Assembly (NCBI GenBank): GCA_039961635.1
Contig: JABRWB010000041.1
Coordinates: 1,448-65,447 of the forward strand
Source: a bacterium
GTDB taxonomy: Bacteria; 4484-113; JAGGVC01
Length of the DNA stretch: 64,000 nt
Direction: 5' to 3'
Part shown: positions 1 to 9,289 of the stretch, piece by piece
Layout of the letters: every line of letters begins with the position of its first letter
Position numbering within the stretch: the first letter of the stretch is position 1
Made by a program: the position numbers and the translations under genes
Notes under the pieces: generated by a model
Database searches by the model: none
What the model was told of the DNA's origin: nothing
Seen by the model: the letters and a program-made list of their open reading frames with translations, nothing else

Positions 1-732
1 TATCGTCGTATCGCTTTCGTGGCCGACGCCGCTTATGGTCGGAATCGTGCAATCGGCGAGCGCGCGCGCAAGCGCTTCGTCGTTGAAGCACCACAAATCC
101 TCGATGCTCCCCCCCCCGCGCGCGATTATCAGCGCGTCGAATCCATCCGGATCAGCCTGCGCGAGCGCGACCGCGCGGATAAGTTCCGCGGCCGCGCCGT
201 CCCCCTGCACGAGCGACGGAAAAAGCTTGAGCTCGACGTGGGGCGCGTTGCGCGCATGGACGTTAAGCATATCCTGCAGCGCCGCGGCCTTAGGCGAAGT
301 GACGATTGCCAGCCGGTGGGGAAGGGCGGGAATCGGAATCTTGCGCTCCGAGTCGAAAAGCCCCTGCGCCTTAAGCTTTTCCTTCAGTTTTTCATACGCG
401 ACCGCAAGCTCGCCCGCGCCGCGCGGGATTACTTCGTAAACCGTGAGCTGGTACTCGCCGCGCGGAAGGTATACGGTTACCCGGCCGGAGCAAACTACCT
501 CGTCGCCGTCCTTGAGCTTGATGCGCTGCGCGCCCGAAGCGCCGTTGAACCATGCGCACCGCACCTGGCTTTCCTTGTCCTTGAGCGTGAAGTAAACGTG
601 GCGGTCGTAGATTTTCAATCCGCTGATTTCGCCTACGACGGATACGGCCGCAAGCGCCGGCTCGTTTTCGAGCAGGCTTTTTACGAGCGTGGTCAGCTCG
701 GTTACGGAAATCGTTTTGCGCGCGAACGACAC
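1..732 (-). CDS. xseA: Exodeoxyribonuclease VII large subunit, N-terminal ~243 aa; the gene runs off the window start. GTG start at 732..730.
   Basis: Reverse-strand translation VSFARKTISVTELTTLVKSLLENEPALAAVSVVGEISGLKIYDRHVYFTLKD...LPHRLAIVTSPKAAALQDML reads as the XseA N-terminal OB fold followed by the catalytic core. It is open to position 1. The plus-strand ORF 19..828 is its antisense artefact. Confidence 0.75.
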   Translation of the reverse strand, partial: MSFARKTISVTELTTLVKSLLENEPALAAVSVVGEISGLKIYDRHVYFTLKDKESQVRCAWFNGASGAQRIKLKDGDEVVCSGRVTVYLPRGEYQLTVYEVIPRGAGELAVAYEKLKEKLKAQGLFDSERKIPIPALPHRLAIVTSPKAAALQDMLNVHARNAPHVELKLFPSLVQGDGAAAELIRAVALAQADPDGFDALIIARGGGSIEDLWCFNDEALARALADCTIPTISGVGHESDTTI

Positions 733-741
733 GCCGCTATT

Positions 742-2913
742 TTACACGCGGCGAAACGACAAAAACCGCGCGGCGGCGATCAGAGCCGCAAACACTATGT
801 ATGGAAGAAATATTGCCGGGGGCGATAATTTTTTGTTGTACCTGAATTTAAGCGTATGCTTGCCTGCCGGTATTTCCACGCCTTGAAAAGCCGCGTTCAC
901 CTTGAATATATTTACCGGCGTGTCGTCGAGCAACGCGCTCCATCCGGGATACCAGCTCACCGCGCGTACGAATATCTTGTCAGTATCGCAGGCGATTTCG
1001 AAGGAATCCTCGCCTGGCCTTTCGCCTTTCACAAGTCTAACCGAAGAGAAACCCTCAAGCGACGGTTTCACCGATATTTCATTCGTTCCCATTGCAAGCT
1101 GATCAAGGTAAACGGGATATGAATCCGCAATTCGCTCCAGAATTTCGTCTTGCGATGCAAGCTTTTCGTACGCGCCGCAGAGGTAGTATCCGGGCTTCGG
1201 CGGTTTCGTGATGGGCGACGGGTAGCTCGGAACAGCGCCGAGCCACGCGACCATCTCCGACTTGCGTTCGTCTTCTAAATTCGAGCCGTCGCTTGAAAGC
1301 GCGGTATCGCAAAATTTCTTGTAATCATTCAGCACAAGTTCGCCCGCCCATCCGACGCTGGGGATTCCCGCGAGCCATGGATAGCAAGGCTTCGCGAATT
1401 CAACATCCGATTCCTGCGAGCCGAGGTCGGGGCGTTTTTCTCCTTCCTCGTAATAAATCCGCAGGCCGGGGTCGTTACGGGCCAACAACGCGAACCAATG
1501 TGGAACCGGCAACGCGGCCTCCGCGCTTGATGTCAAATTGAATTTGGAATGAAACCATAACAGCGGCCAGACGGACAGCGCGAACATCGCGACAGCGATC
1601 AGCGCTGCAGAAAATTTGCTGTTTGAAGCGCGCCGTATGAGCAAATCGAATCCGATTGCCGCAAGCCCCGCGGCCATCAACACGTCCGGAATGATGAACC
1701 GTGCTGGAATCCGCGAGGCGCCGAATCCCGGAATGATATAAAACAGAGCGTAAACTCCCGCCCATTTTCCCAGAGCAAGAATGAAATAAGCGATATCGCA
1801 GGCGACGAGCAGCTTAACGGACTCGGCCGCCCGGCCGAAAAAAGAATCCAGCTTCGGCGCAGCCTTCCAAAAGCGGATGGCAAAAACGAAAGCGGCAAAC
1901 GCGGCAATAAGCGGAACGGGGCCGATGAAACTCACAAACTCGACGAATCCCTGCGGGCCGCGGTAATCCGGCGACTGCCAAGAATTCGCGGGCCCGAAAA
2001 AGAACGGATACAAATATGTCAGCGCCATGTGCGGCGGGTAGCTGTACGAGAGAAAGTCGGCAAGCGTAAATCCGGCGCGGTTGGAATGGCGGAGCAGTTC
2101 GACAGTCGGCCAAATGCACAATCCGGCGGAAAGCCCGGCGACAATTGCGGGTGCGACGGGTGCAATCAATATTGCCACTAAAGATTTTCCGATGCCGCGG
2201 CGTGAAATGACGCCATACGCAAAAATAAATATCGCCGCGCTGATGATCGATATCATCGTCATCTGCGGATGCCCGGCGAATATGGAAATTAATATTGCGA
2301 ATCCGGTCGCGACAAAATATACAAATCGTTTTTTTTCAGCGGATTCCGCGACGGCAAGCGAGCCGAAGATTATCCAAGGCATCCACGAGACTGCGGCGAC
2401 CAGATTCAGGTGCCCAAGATGTGCGGTCAGCGGCCCGGAAATCATGAATATCGACGCGCCGAACGCAGAAGCGGAGATGGATAACCTTAGCCTGCGGAAC
2501 AAGAACAGCGCGCCGAGACCTGCAAAAAATGTCGAGAGTGCCGCGCCGATGTTGATCGCGGTCCAAGTGTCGAATACTCTGTAGAGCAGTAGATTCGGCG
2601 GATAAAGCGGCCCGATCTGGCCTTCCGCGAACAGCGGGAAGCCGCACGCCTGGCCGGGATACCAGTAAGGCAGCCGCCCGGCTTTCAGTTCCTGCGAATA
2701 GAACAGCCGCCACGGGTAGTTCTGGTAAAGAATATCGCCGGAGGGGGAGTATACGTCGCCCAGGAAAAGCGTGCTCAAGTGGAAAACGAGCGTGAGGAGC
2801 ACGAGAAAAATGATTGCACCGGCAAGTGCGCGGTCTAGCTTCACCGGAAGGATTTTAGCACCGGGCTTGGCTCTAATTGGGTAAAATAACCCGCGGCGGG
2901 AACAGCATTCCAT
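742..2913 (-). CDS. Large polytopic membrane protein (723 aa), YfhO/GT-C glycosyltransferase-like; function uncertain.
   Basis: More than 12 predicted TM helices, an aromatic/Pro-rich periplasmic loop (YWYPGQACGFPLFAEGQIGPLYPPN) and a large C-terminal soluble domain. Strong GC3 bias. Its stop lies 9 nt upstream of the xseA start. Confidence 0.55.
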   Translation of the reverse strand: MECCSRRGLFYPIRAKPGAKILPVKLDRALAGAIIFLVLLTLVFHLSTLFLGDVYSPSGDILYQNYPWRLFYSQELKAGRLPYWYPGQACGFPLFAEGQIGPLYPPNLLLYRVFDTWTAINIGAALSTFFAGLGALFLFRRLRLSISASAFGASIFMISGPLTAHLGHLNLVAAVSWMPWIIFGSLAVAESAEKKRFVYFVATGFAILISIFAGHPQMTMISIISAAIFIFAYGVISRRGIGKSLVAILIAPVAPAIVAGLSAGLCIWPTVELLRHSNRAGFTLADFLSYSYPPHMALTYLYPFFFGPANSWQSPDYRGPQGFVEFVSFIGPVPLIAAFAAFVFAIRFWKAAPKLDSFFGRAAESVKLLVACDIAYFILALGKWAGVYALFYIIPGFGASRIPARFIIPDVLMAAGLAAIGFDLLIRRASNSKFSAALIAVAMFALSVWPLLWFHSKFNLTSSAEAALPVPHWFALLARNDPGLRIYYEEGEKRPDLGSQESDVEFAKPCYPWLAGIPSVGWAGELVLNDYKKFCDTALSSDGSNLEDERKSEMVAWLGAVPSYPSPITKPPKPGYYLCGAYEKLASQDEILERIADSYPVYLDQLAMGTNEISVKPSLEGFSSVRLVKGERPGEDSFEIACDTDKIFVRAVSWYPGWSALLDDTPVNIFKVNAAFQGVEIPAGKHTLKFRYNKKLSPPAIFLPYIVFAALIAAARFLSFRRV

Positions 2914-2931
2914 CTGCGACCGTCCAATCTA

Positions 2932-3771
2932 TTGCTCATGCCCGCACCGCATTTCAATTGGGACGTAATCTGGAACGCGCTGGCGATCCTCGTCTGGCTC
3001 GGCCAGGCGCGCTGGGTGCAGCTCGACGCCGAGCGCAAGTACGGCCGCGGCCGGTTCTGGGGGCTTGTGGCGCTGTGCTTCCCGTTCGCCGGCATCGTAG
3101 CCTACCTGATGTTCCAGCACACTTCGCTTGTCGAAATAGACATGTTCGACGCGGAGATGAGCTGGCAGCTTGCAGACACGGTGCAGGTGAACGGCCGCCG
3201 CCCGGCCCGGCTGACCGCGAAGCGCGGCTTCGGATACCGGCGCCCCGGCCCGTCCGGCCCGACGCGCGCCGACAAGCTCAAGGCGAAGGAGTTGCGGGAG
3301 CGCGCCGAACGGATTGCGCTTACGAATCCACTGCTTGCGAAGGAACTTCGGGAGAACGCCGACCTTTTGGATCCGCCAAAGCCGCCCAAAAAGCCGTGGA
3401 AGGTGCGCTGGAAGGAGTTCTGGCTGCTTCGGCGGGACGCGGCAAGCCTGCGCCGAAGCCGCAAGGCCGAGCGCCGGGAGTGGCTTAAGCGCCCGAAAAA
3501 GCTGCGCACTCACGAGCTGTTCATGAAAAAACTGTCCGAGACGCCGTATGTGGATCCAACGATGGAGGGGCTGCTGTTCGAGGGGCAGTACGAGGTGGCC
3601 CGCGAGCGTGCGACAATCAACCTGCAGATCGCGGAGGAGGAGGGCGATTCGAGGAAGCGCGTGACGTACCGGCGCTACCTTGACCAAATAAGCAAGCTGT
3701 CGAGGATTTACCTGCCGGGCGAGGAGAACCTGAGCACGGACATCGAGAGGTACCATCTGGGGGAGGAGTAG
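2932..3771 (+). CDS. Membrane protein with an N-terminal PLDc_N-like two-helix domain and a long, highly charged (R/K/E-rich) helical C-terminal tail.
   Basis: WNALAILVWLGQARW...GRGRFWGLVALCFPFAGIVAYLMF matches the small TM domain found at the N-terminus of cardiolipin synthases. The rest is low-complexity charged sequence. The opposite-strand ORF 2929..3816 is R/L-rich antisense noise. Confidence 0.6.
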   Translation: MLMPAPHFNWDVIWNALAILVWLGQARWVQLDAERKYGRGRFWGLVALCFPFAGIVAYLMFQHTSLVEIDMFDAEMSWQLADTVQVNGRRPARLTAKRGFGYRRPGPSGPTRADKLKAKELRERAERIALTNPLLAKELRENADLLDPPKPPKKPWKVRWKEFWLLRRDAASLRRSRKAERREWLKRPKKLRTHELFMKKLSETPYVDPTMEGLLFEGQYEVARERATINLQIAEEEGDSRKRVTYRRYLDQISKLSRIYLPGEENLSTDIERYHLGEE

Positions 3772-3798
3772 GGGAATTTCGTGTAAAATAGCGCGGAT

Positions 3799-4623
3799 AT
3801 GAAATCGTACATCCATGTATTCGTAGTTCTCGTTATTGCAATCGTAATCTCATTTGAAGCGGCAGCATGCCAGCCGGTGCCCGGGGGCGCGACGAAAAAG
3901 GAGCTGATAGAGGCGTGCGAGAAGGGGGACTTGGAAAAGGTTAAGTCAATCCTTTCCAAATCTCCCGAACTAGTTAATGCAAAACATGTAAGGCTTGAAG
4001 TGGATGAATCCGGAAAGGACAGAATTACTTTCAATCGTGAGCTCACGCCCCTCATTGCAGCCATAATCGCCGATAAGCAATTTGTAGTTGAATACCTGCT
4101 AAGCAAAGGCGCGGACGCGAATATCACAGTCAGACTTTTATATAACGAGAAGGTAAATGGAAAGCCTCAAAGGGGAGTTGTCCCTGCAGAACAGATAATG
4201 GGACCTCTGCAAGTAGCAGCTTCGAATGGACAAGCAGAAATCTGCATCGTTCTTATTGGCGGTGGTGCCCAAGTAAATGCCGTAATGTCGCCTGAAAAGG
4301 TTTCAGCCCTTCAACTTGCTTTGATGTCCGTGAAAATGCAGGAGTTCAACAAAGAGATTTTTCCGAATTCAGATGGTCTCAAAACCGTTCGCCTTTTGGT
4401 TGACGAAGGAGCGGACTTGAATGTCCGGCAAAGCGAGTCCGGAAATTCTCTACTTCATTCACTAGTTTTAAGTGAGGAAATGGATGCCGCGCTAATCTTG
4501 ATTAAAGGTGGAGCTGATCTGAACGCACGCAACAATGATGGCCTTACTCCATTAGGTATGGCCAAAAAGTACAAGAAAAACAAAATGGCTGCATTCTTAA
4601 AGAAGCATGGGGCGAAAGAGTAG
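3799..4623 (+). CDS. Ankyrin-repeat lipoprotein (signal peptide plus AAAC lipobox, at least 4 ANK repeats).
   Basis: MKSYIHVFVVLVIAIVISFEAAAC signal/lipobox. ANK repeats include TPLIAAIIADKQFVVEYLLSKGADANI and DGLTPLGMAKKYKKNKMAAFLKKHGA. The gene is visibly more AT-rich than its flanks. Confidence 0.8.
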   Translation: MKSYIHVFVVLVIAIVISFEAAACQPVPGGATKKELIEACEKGDLEKVKSILSKSPELVNAKHVRLEVDESGKDRITFNRELTPLIAAIIADKQFVVEYLLSKGADANITVRLLYNEKVNGKPQRGVVPAEQIMGPLQVAASNGQAEICIVLIGGGAQVNAVMSPEKVSALQLALMSVKMQEFNKEIFPNSDGLKTVRLLVDEGADLNVRQSESGNSLLHSLVLSEEMDAALILIKGGADLNARNNDGLTPLGMAKKYKKNKMAAFLKKHGAKE

Positions 4624-4653
4624 CCATGGCGATAATGCCTATTAATGCTCAAT

Positions 4654-7263
4654 TTAATTCTCAAACCCCTGCTCCACCCATATCCCCTTCCACGCGTCGG
4701 CTTCCAGTATCTCCGCGATGCTTCCCGGCAGGTCGCAGAAGAACCCGTACTCCTTCCAGACTGTAATGAGATTGTTGGCGTTCGTGCGAGCCGGTGCAGC
4801 GCTCTCAGCCACCTCGGATTCGCCGGATTCCGAAGCTGCGGCACCGGCTGCGATCGAAGCCGCGACATCCCAGTTATAGCTATCCACATCCCCGCCCTCG
4901 TCTATGAACATCGACAGCGACGAACCGCCGTGGTAGTCGTTTCCGCCCGCGCGCGCCTGGCCCGGCGGGTAGTCGTATATATCCCGCCCGCCGCCGTCGC
5001 GGAAGATGCACAGCGAGTTGTGCGCGCTCGCGCCCTGCGAAAAGCCGGTTCCGCCCTCGTAGCGGTCGTCGCCGAACGAATCGTAGAAGTAAGTGACGCA
5101 CTCGTCCCACGCAAGCCCCTGCGCCACGCCCTGCCGCGTCTGGTACAGGTCGTCGCCGCCGTAATTGAGGAACACGCCGACGGCCTGGTGCGCCGAGAAG
5201 CCCTGGTTGTAGCGGCTGCCGACGAAGTGGTCGTTCCCGCCTTCGTCGTAGTAGAATCCGAGGCCGAAGTAGTAGCCACCGCCCTGCGAGAAATTGCCCG
5301 CTTCGCAGTAGTCGTCGCCGCCCAGGTCTATCACTCCAGCGATCCCGCCAGAGGCGTACTGGCGGAAGCCGTCCGCGCAGCCCTGGCTCCAGGAATCGAA
5401 AATGCCGGGGTCGCCGTAGTTCGTGGGGTTCACCCCTTTGGCGTAACGGTAGTCGTCGCCAGCGCCGTCCACGAGAAAGCTGACGGCCTTTGCGCCGGCG
5501 AACGCCTGGGATTTCAGATGCGCTTCGCAGCGGTCGTCGCCGGAGACGTCGTACAGGATGCCGGTGCCGAAAATGCTAGCCGCCTGGCAGAACGCCTGGC
5601 CGCGGTAGCTGTCGTTCCCCGCCGCGTCAACGAGCGCGCCGCAGCCGAAAAAGCCCGTGCCCTGCGCCCAGTTCATCCCGATGTAAGAATCGTCGCCTTC
5701 GAGGTCCACAAGCAGCCCGCAACCGAGGGAGCCGGAGCCCTGCGAATAGGGCAGCGTGGACTCGTAGGCGTCGTCGCCGCCGAAGTCGATCAGGACGCCG
5801 ACGGGGTGCCGGGGCGAGATTCCGCTGCCCGCGGTCGTCGAATAGAAATCGTCGCCGCCGAGGTCGATGACGAGCAGGTCGTGGCGGTACTGCGCCGGGT
5901 CGGTGGGCAGGTTGCGCCAGGTGCGGCCGGTTCCCTGAATGACGATCCATCCGAACGGAGTTTCCTTTTCGTAAAGGACAGGCTGGTCGAGCTTGCCGGC
6001 ATAAATACGCTTCAAGTTCGATTTCAACTCGTCCAGGTAATAGGGCTCCTGGAAAACCAGCAACTTCGCTTGAGCCGCCAAGAGCTTGCTGTATTCGATT
6101 TTTCTGGAAATTGCTATCAGCTTTGCGTTGTCTCGGAACCTGCGCTTGTCAGCATCTTCGTTGATGTAATTGTCCGCCGCAAACGCGTCAGCAAGACCGG
6201 CGCGATGTTCTGCGACAAAGGCTTTTTCCTCGTCGGACAAAGCAGAAAAAGCCTCGGACACTAATTCCGCAGCTTCTTTGAAGCGATTTTCCCAGTATGT
6301 GGTGTAGTTATCAATCGTGATATTGACGGGCATCTGCGCCATCCAGGATGTCGCCGCGTCGTTTTTCAGCATCCAGCTTGCGGTGGAATGTATTCCGTCA
6401 AATCCCCAAATCGTTTTCAAACCGCAGGATTTTAAATCGGCTTCAACAAGTTTTATGCACCTATCCATGGTGAAGCCGTCGCGCAGAATCAGTGAGACCA
6501 GATGGCTCCTGAATCCATCGTCGGGGCTAGCCCGGTTGTTCAGCCGCACAAACAGGTCATCAAATTGGGTTTGAGTGCCTGACGCGCTTGTCAAAATCTG
6601 CGCCAAATATCGAAGGTTGATTTCCGCATCTGTCATTGGATATGGAGAAGTCGTTTCGTTTGCATTTGCGCAGAGCGTATTCCATAGCTGCTCATTAGGC
6701 GGAATCGTCCCCGCGCCGCCTTCCGGGCGAGGGCCGAGGATAACGGTGAATTCAAGCGTGCGCGATTCGTTTATGGCTTCGAGCTTCACGACGTCGCCGG
6801 GCTTTGAGTGCGCGAGGATGTCCGGGTAATCCTCCAGCGGGAATTCGGTCGGGTATTCGACGCCGTTCACCGTAACGATCAGTTGCGGTCCCGGTCGAAA
6901 AACTTTCACGGCGAGCGAATCGCCGACGTGCTTAGATTTAAGCGCGTCCTGAAGCTGCTGGTTGTACGTCGCGACATCCGCGCCGAGTTCCTTTCCGTCG
7001 AGCGCGAGTATCACGTCTCCGGAGCGAAGTCCTGCTTTGTACGCTGGCGAGTCCAATACGGGATCGATCGCAAGTCCCGGCGGATCGGTGGAATTGGACA
7101 TATTGATGCCCATGTAAACGTTGTCCGTGGCGATGGCGGGGCATAGAGCGGATGCTACGACAAGGATGGCCGCAAAAACACAAATTACCGCATGATTTGC
7201 GGCGCATGCGGCGGTCAACAAATGCAAGCACTTTCCCATGGCGCTCTCCCGTGCAGGAATCAC
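4654..7263 (-). CDS. Secreted PDZ-domain protein with a helical middle region and about 12 tandem ~26-aa GGDDxY...QGxG repeats (predicted beta-solenoid).
   Basis: N-terminal signal peptide. PDZ motif GLRSGDVILALDGKELG. Repeat units such as LVIDLGGDDFYSTTAGSG, LIDFGGDDAYESTLPYSQGSGSLGCG, LVDLEGDDSYIGMNWAQGTGFFGCG, FLNYGGDDLYQTRQGVAQG and FYDSFGDDRYEGGTGFSQG. Extreme GC3 bias; the antisense ORF 4645..6264 was rejected. Confidence 0.8.
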   Translation of the reverse strand: MIPARESAMGKCLHLLTAACAANHAVICVFAAILVVASALCPAIATDNVYMGINMSNSTDPPGLAIDPVLDSPAYKAGLRSGDVILALDGKELGADVATYNQQLQDALKSKHVGDSLAVKVFRPGPQLIVTVNGVEYPTEFPLEDYPDILAHSKPGDVVKLEAINESRTLEFTVILGPRPEGGAGTIPPNEQLWNTLCANANETTSPYPMTDAEINLRYLAQILTSASGTQTQFDDLFVRLNNRASPDDGFRSHLVSLILRDGFTMDRCIKLVEADLKSCGLKTIWGFDGIHSTASWMLKNDAATSWMAQMPVNITIDNYTTYWENRFKEAAELVSEAFSALSDEEKAFVAEHRAGLADAFAADNYINEDADKRRFRDNAKLIAISRKIEYSKLLAAQAKLLVFQEPYYLDELKSNLKRIYAGKLDQPVLYEKETPFGWIVIQGTGRTWRNLPTDPAQYRHDLLVIDLGGDDFYSTTAGSGISPRHPVGVLIDFGGDDAYESTLPYSQGSGSLGCGLLVDLEGDDSYIGMNWAQGTGFFGCGALVDAAGNDSYRGQAFCQAASIFGTGILYDVSGDDRCEAHLKSQAFAGAKAVSFLVDGAGDDYRYAKGVNPTNYGDPGIFDSWSQGCADGFRQYASGGIAGVIDLGGDDYCEAGNFSQGGGYYFGLGFYYDEGGNDHFVGSRYNQGFSAHQAVGVFLNYGGDDLYQTRQGVAQGLAWDECVTYFYDSFGDDRYEGGTGFSQGASAHNSLCIFRDGGGRDIYDYPPGQARAGGNDYHGGSSLSMFIDEGGDVDSYNWDVAASIAAGAAASESGESEVAESAAPARTNANNLITVWKEYGFFCDLPGSIAEILEADAWKGIWVEQGFEN

Positions 7264-7347
7264 CGGACTTCGGCAGCGACATTATAGTCCGATGGGCGGT
7301 TTCACCCGCTGCTGGCGGCTGAAACGTAGAATTGTTCGGCCGATATA

Positions 7348-8604
7348 ATGGAGAGGATGTCCGCCAAGCCTTCATCCGAGCTTGCCGCGCACGGCGGCGA
7401 ACCATTTTGCCGGGAGCTTATCCCGCTTTATCGGCGCGCATACGATCCGGTGGAGCTTGCCGCGCTGGAGGAATGCCTGCGCTCCGGGTGGGTCACGCGC
7501 GGCCCGAAAACCGTCGAATTCGAGAGGGCGTTTGCATATTATCTCGCAAGAGGAACGAAGAACGGAGAGTCGGCGGGAAATTCCCGCGGTTTGTTTGCGC
7601 TTGGGCTGAACTCCTGCACCGCGGCGCTGCATACCGCGTTGCATTGCGAAGGGATCGGCCCTGACGACGAGGTAATCACGACGCCGATGACGTTTGCCGC
7701 GACGGTCAACGTAATCGAGCATGTCGGCGCGACGCCCGTGCTTGTGGATATTCATCCGGATACGCTGTGTATTGACGAGGAAAAAATCGAACGGGCGATT
7801 ACGAATCGGACGAAAGCGATAATTCCCGTGCATTACGCGGGGCATCCATGCGAGCTTGACGCGATATCGGATATCGCGGAGCGGCATGGTCTTACGGTTA
7901 TCGAGGACTGCGCGCATGCGGTTGAGGCGGAATACCGCGGCAGAAAAATGGGCGGATTTTCGCCGTACTCATGCTTCAGCTTTTACGCGAACAAGAATCT
8001 CTCGACAGGGGAGGGGGGGATGCTTGTCTGCCGCGACGAAGAAACGAAAGCCAGGGCGATGGTCGTCTCGCTCCACGGGATGAGCCGAAACGCGTGGCAA
8101 AGGTACGAAGGTAGCCGGTTCGAATTGTACGATATCGAGCGCGCGGGATTCAAATACAACATATTCGACCTGCAGGCGGCGCTTGGGCTGGTGCAGCTTG
8201 GCAAGCTCGATGAAAACTGGAAAAAGCGTCTCAGGCTGTATGAGCGATATTGCTCGCTGCTCGCGGATGTGCCGGGAATCGAGCCGCTTCAGGTGCGGGA
8301 TCATGTAAAGAGCGCGCATCACATATTTCCCTGCCTTCTGGATTTGGACAAAATTACGGTCGGCCGCGACGAATTTCTTTCGTTACTGCTGGCTGAAAAC
8401 GTCCAGGGATATGTCCATTTCCGCCCGATATTCGAATTCAGATATTACAAGGACAAATACGGCTGGCGGGCAGAAGATTGGCCTGTCGCGGCAGACGCTG
8501 GCATGCGCGTTTTGTCGCTGCCGTTCTATCCGTCGATGACTGACGAAGAGATGGATTCGGTCGTCGGCGCAGTGCGCAAGGTTCTTGCGGCGGTATCTAT
8601 ATAG
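7348..8604 (+). CDS. DegT/DnrJ/EryC1/StrS-family PLP-dependent aminotransferase (aminosugar biosynthesis type).
   Basis: LEECLRSGWVTRGPKTVEFERAF...VIEDCAHAVEAEY...SFYANKNLSTGEGG, which includes the PLP-lysine motif. An alternative ATG at 7357 sits directly after a TATAAT (7344-7349), so a leaderless start is possible. Confidence 0.85.
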   Translation: MERMSAKPSSELAAHGGEPFCRELIPLYRRAYDPVELAALEECLRSGWVTRGPKTVEFERAFAYYLARGTKNGESAGNSRGLFALGLNSCTAALHTALHCEGIGPDDEVITTPMTFAATVNVIEHVGATPVLVDIHPDTLCIDEEKIERAITNRTKAIIPVHYAGHPCELDAISDIAERHGLTVIEDCAHAVEAEYRGRKMGGFSPYSCFSFYANKNLSTGEGGMLVCRDEETKARAMVVSLHGMSRNAWQRYEGSRFELYDIERAGFKYNIFDLQAALGLVQLGKLDENWKKRLRLYERYCSLLADVPGIEPLQVRDHVKSAHHIFPCLLDLDKITVGRDEFLSLLLAENVQGYVHFRPIFEFRYYKDKYGWRAEDWPVAADAGMRVLSLPFYPSMTDEEMDSVVGAVRKVLAAVSI

Positions 8605-8710
8605 CAGTTTTTCATCCCCTTCGGCCAAATCAAAAAGCAAGCCGTGCAGAATCCGGTTGTATAATCGCACCGTGTTTTTTCGGCGAGTTCCTGCAGCTTC
8701 CTACGATTGG

Positions 8711-9289
8711 GTGATTGCCGGGCTGGGCAATCCAGGCGAGCGGTACAAGGCCACGCGGCATAACCTTGGATTCATGGTGGTGGACGCGTTAGCTGAGCGG
8801 TGGAAGGCGGGAAATAAACACCAGCGATGTCAAGGCGAGGTGCGCGAGGCGCGGATCGAGGGCAAGGCTGTGCTGCTCGTCAAACCGATGACGTTTATGA
8901 ACGGAAGCGGGCTGTGCGTCGGCCCGCTGATGAGACGGAACAAAGGCGCATCTCTGATTGTGGTTTTCGATGATGTGAACCTTCCGCTGGGCAAAATGCG
9001 GCTGCGGGCCGACGGCAGCGCGGGCGGGCACAAAGGCGCTGAGAGCGTTATCCGCCACTACAAGAGCGCATTTTACCGCGTAAGGTTGGGCATAGGCGGC
9101 GGCGAATTGGAATACCTTTCGGATTGGGTTTTGGAGCCGTTCGAGCCGGAGGAAATGCCAACTGTGCTTGCCATGGTGGCCGCGGCTGTTGTCAAAATCG
9201 AGGAGATTGTTACGAAAGGTTGGGAATATGCTGTAACAGCCGGAAACACGGTTAATTACGTCAAAGGTACTGTGGAGAGTCAGTTATGA
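8711..9289 (+). CDS. pth: Peptidyl-tRNA hydrolase.
   Basis: VIAGLGNPGERYKATRHNLGFMVVD...KPMTFMNGSGLCVGP...VVFDDVNLPLGKMRLRADGSAGGHKG are the canonical Pth motifs. A GTG at 8711 gives the typical x-LIVGLGNPG N-terminus. The in-frame ORF opens at 8585 and an alternative GTG lies at 8672. A TTGTATAAT -10-like element is at 8657-8665. Confidence 0.75.
   Translation: MIAGLGNPGERYKATRHNLGFMVVDALAERWKAGNKHQRCQGEVREARIEGKAVLLVKPMTFMNGSGLCVGPLMRRNKGASLIVVFDDVNLPLGKMRLRADGSAGGHKGAESVIRHYKSAFYRVRLGIGGGELEYLSDWVLEPFEPEEMPTVLAMVAAAVVKIEEIVTKGWEYAVTAGNTVNYVKGTVESQL

Noticed and set aside
19-828. 269-aa plus-strand ORF at the window start.
   Set aside because: It lies antisense to a clean XseA N-terminal reading frame on the minus strand. 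The sequence is R/A-rich with no motif, a typical high-GC antisense artefact.
2929-3816. 295-aa minus-strand ORF overlapping the 2932..3771 plus-strand gene.
   Set aside because: The plus frame has a recognisable PLDc_N TM domain and GC3 bias. The minus frame is R/L-rich noise.
4645-6264. 539-aa plus-strand ORF, plus many nested R/A-rich ORFs, inside the PDZ-repeat gene.
   Set aside because: Antisense to a gene with strong GC3 codon bias and a coherent repeat architecture. Composition is low-complexity Arg/Ala/Val.
8100-8125. GGTTCGAATTG segment resembling a tRNA T-arm.
   Set aside because: It lies inside the DegT coding frame and has no acceptor or anticodon stems.
1-9000. Impression that the first ~9 kb is more GC-rich than the rest, suggesting a different genomic origin.
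   Set aside because: GC varies gene by gene throughout: the cytochrome genes are also GC-rich, while the ankyrin, Lpt-like and addAB genes are AT-richer. I could not compute it quantitatively, so it is not reported as a boundary.
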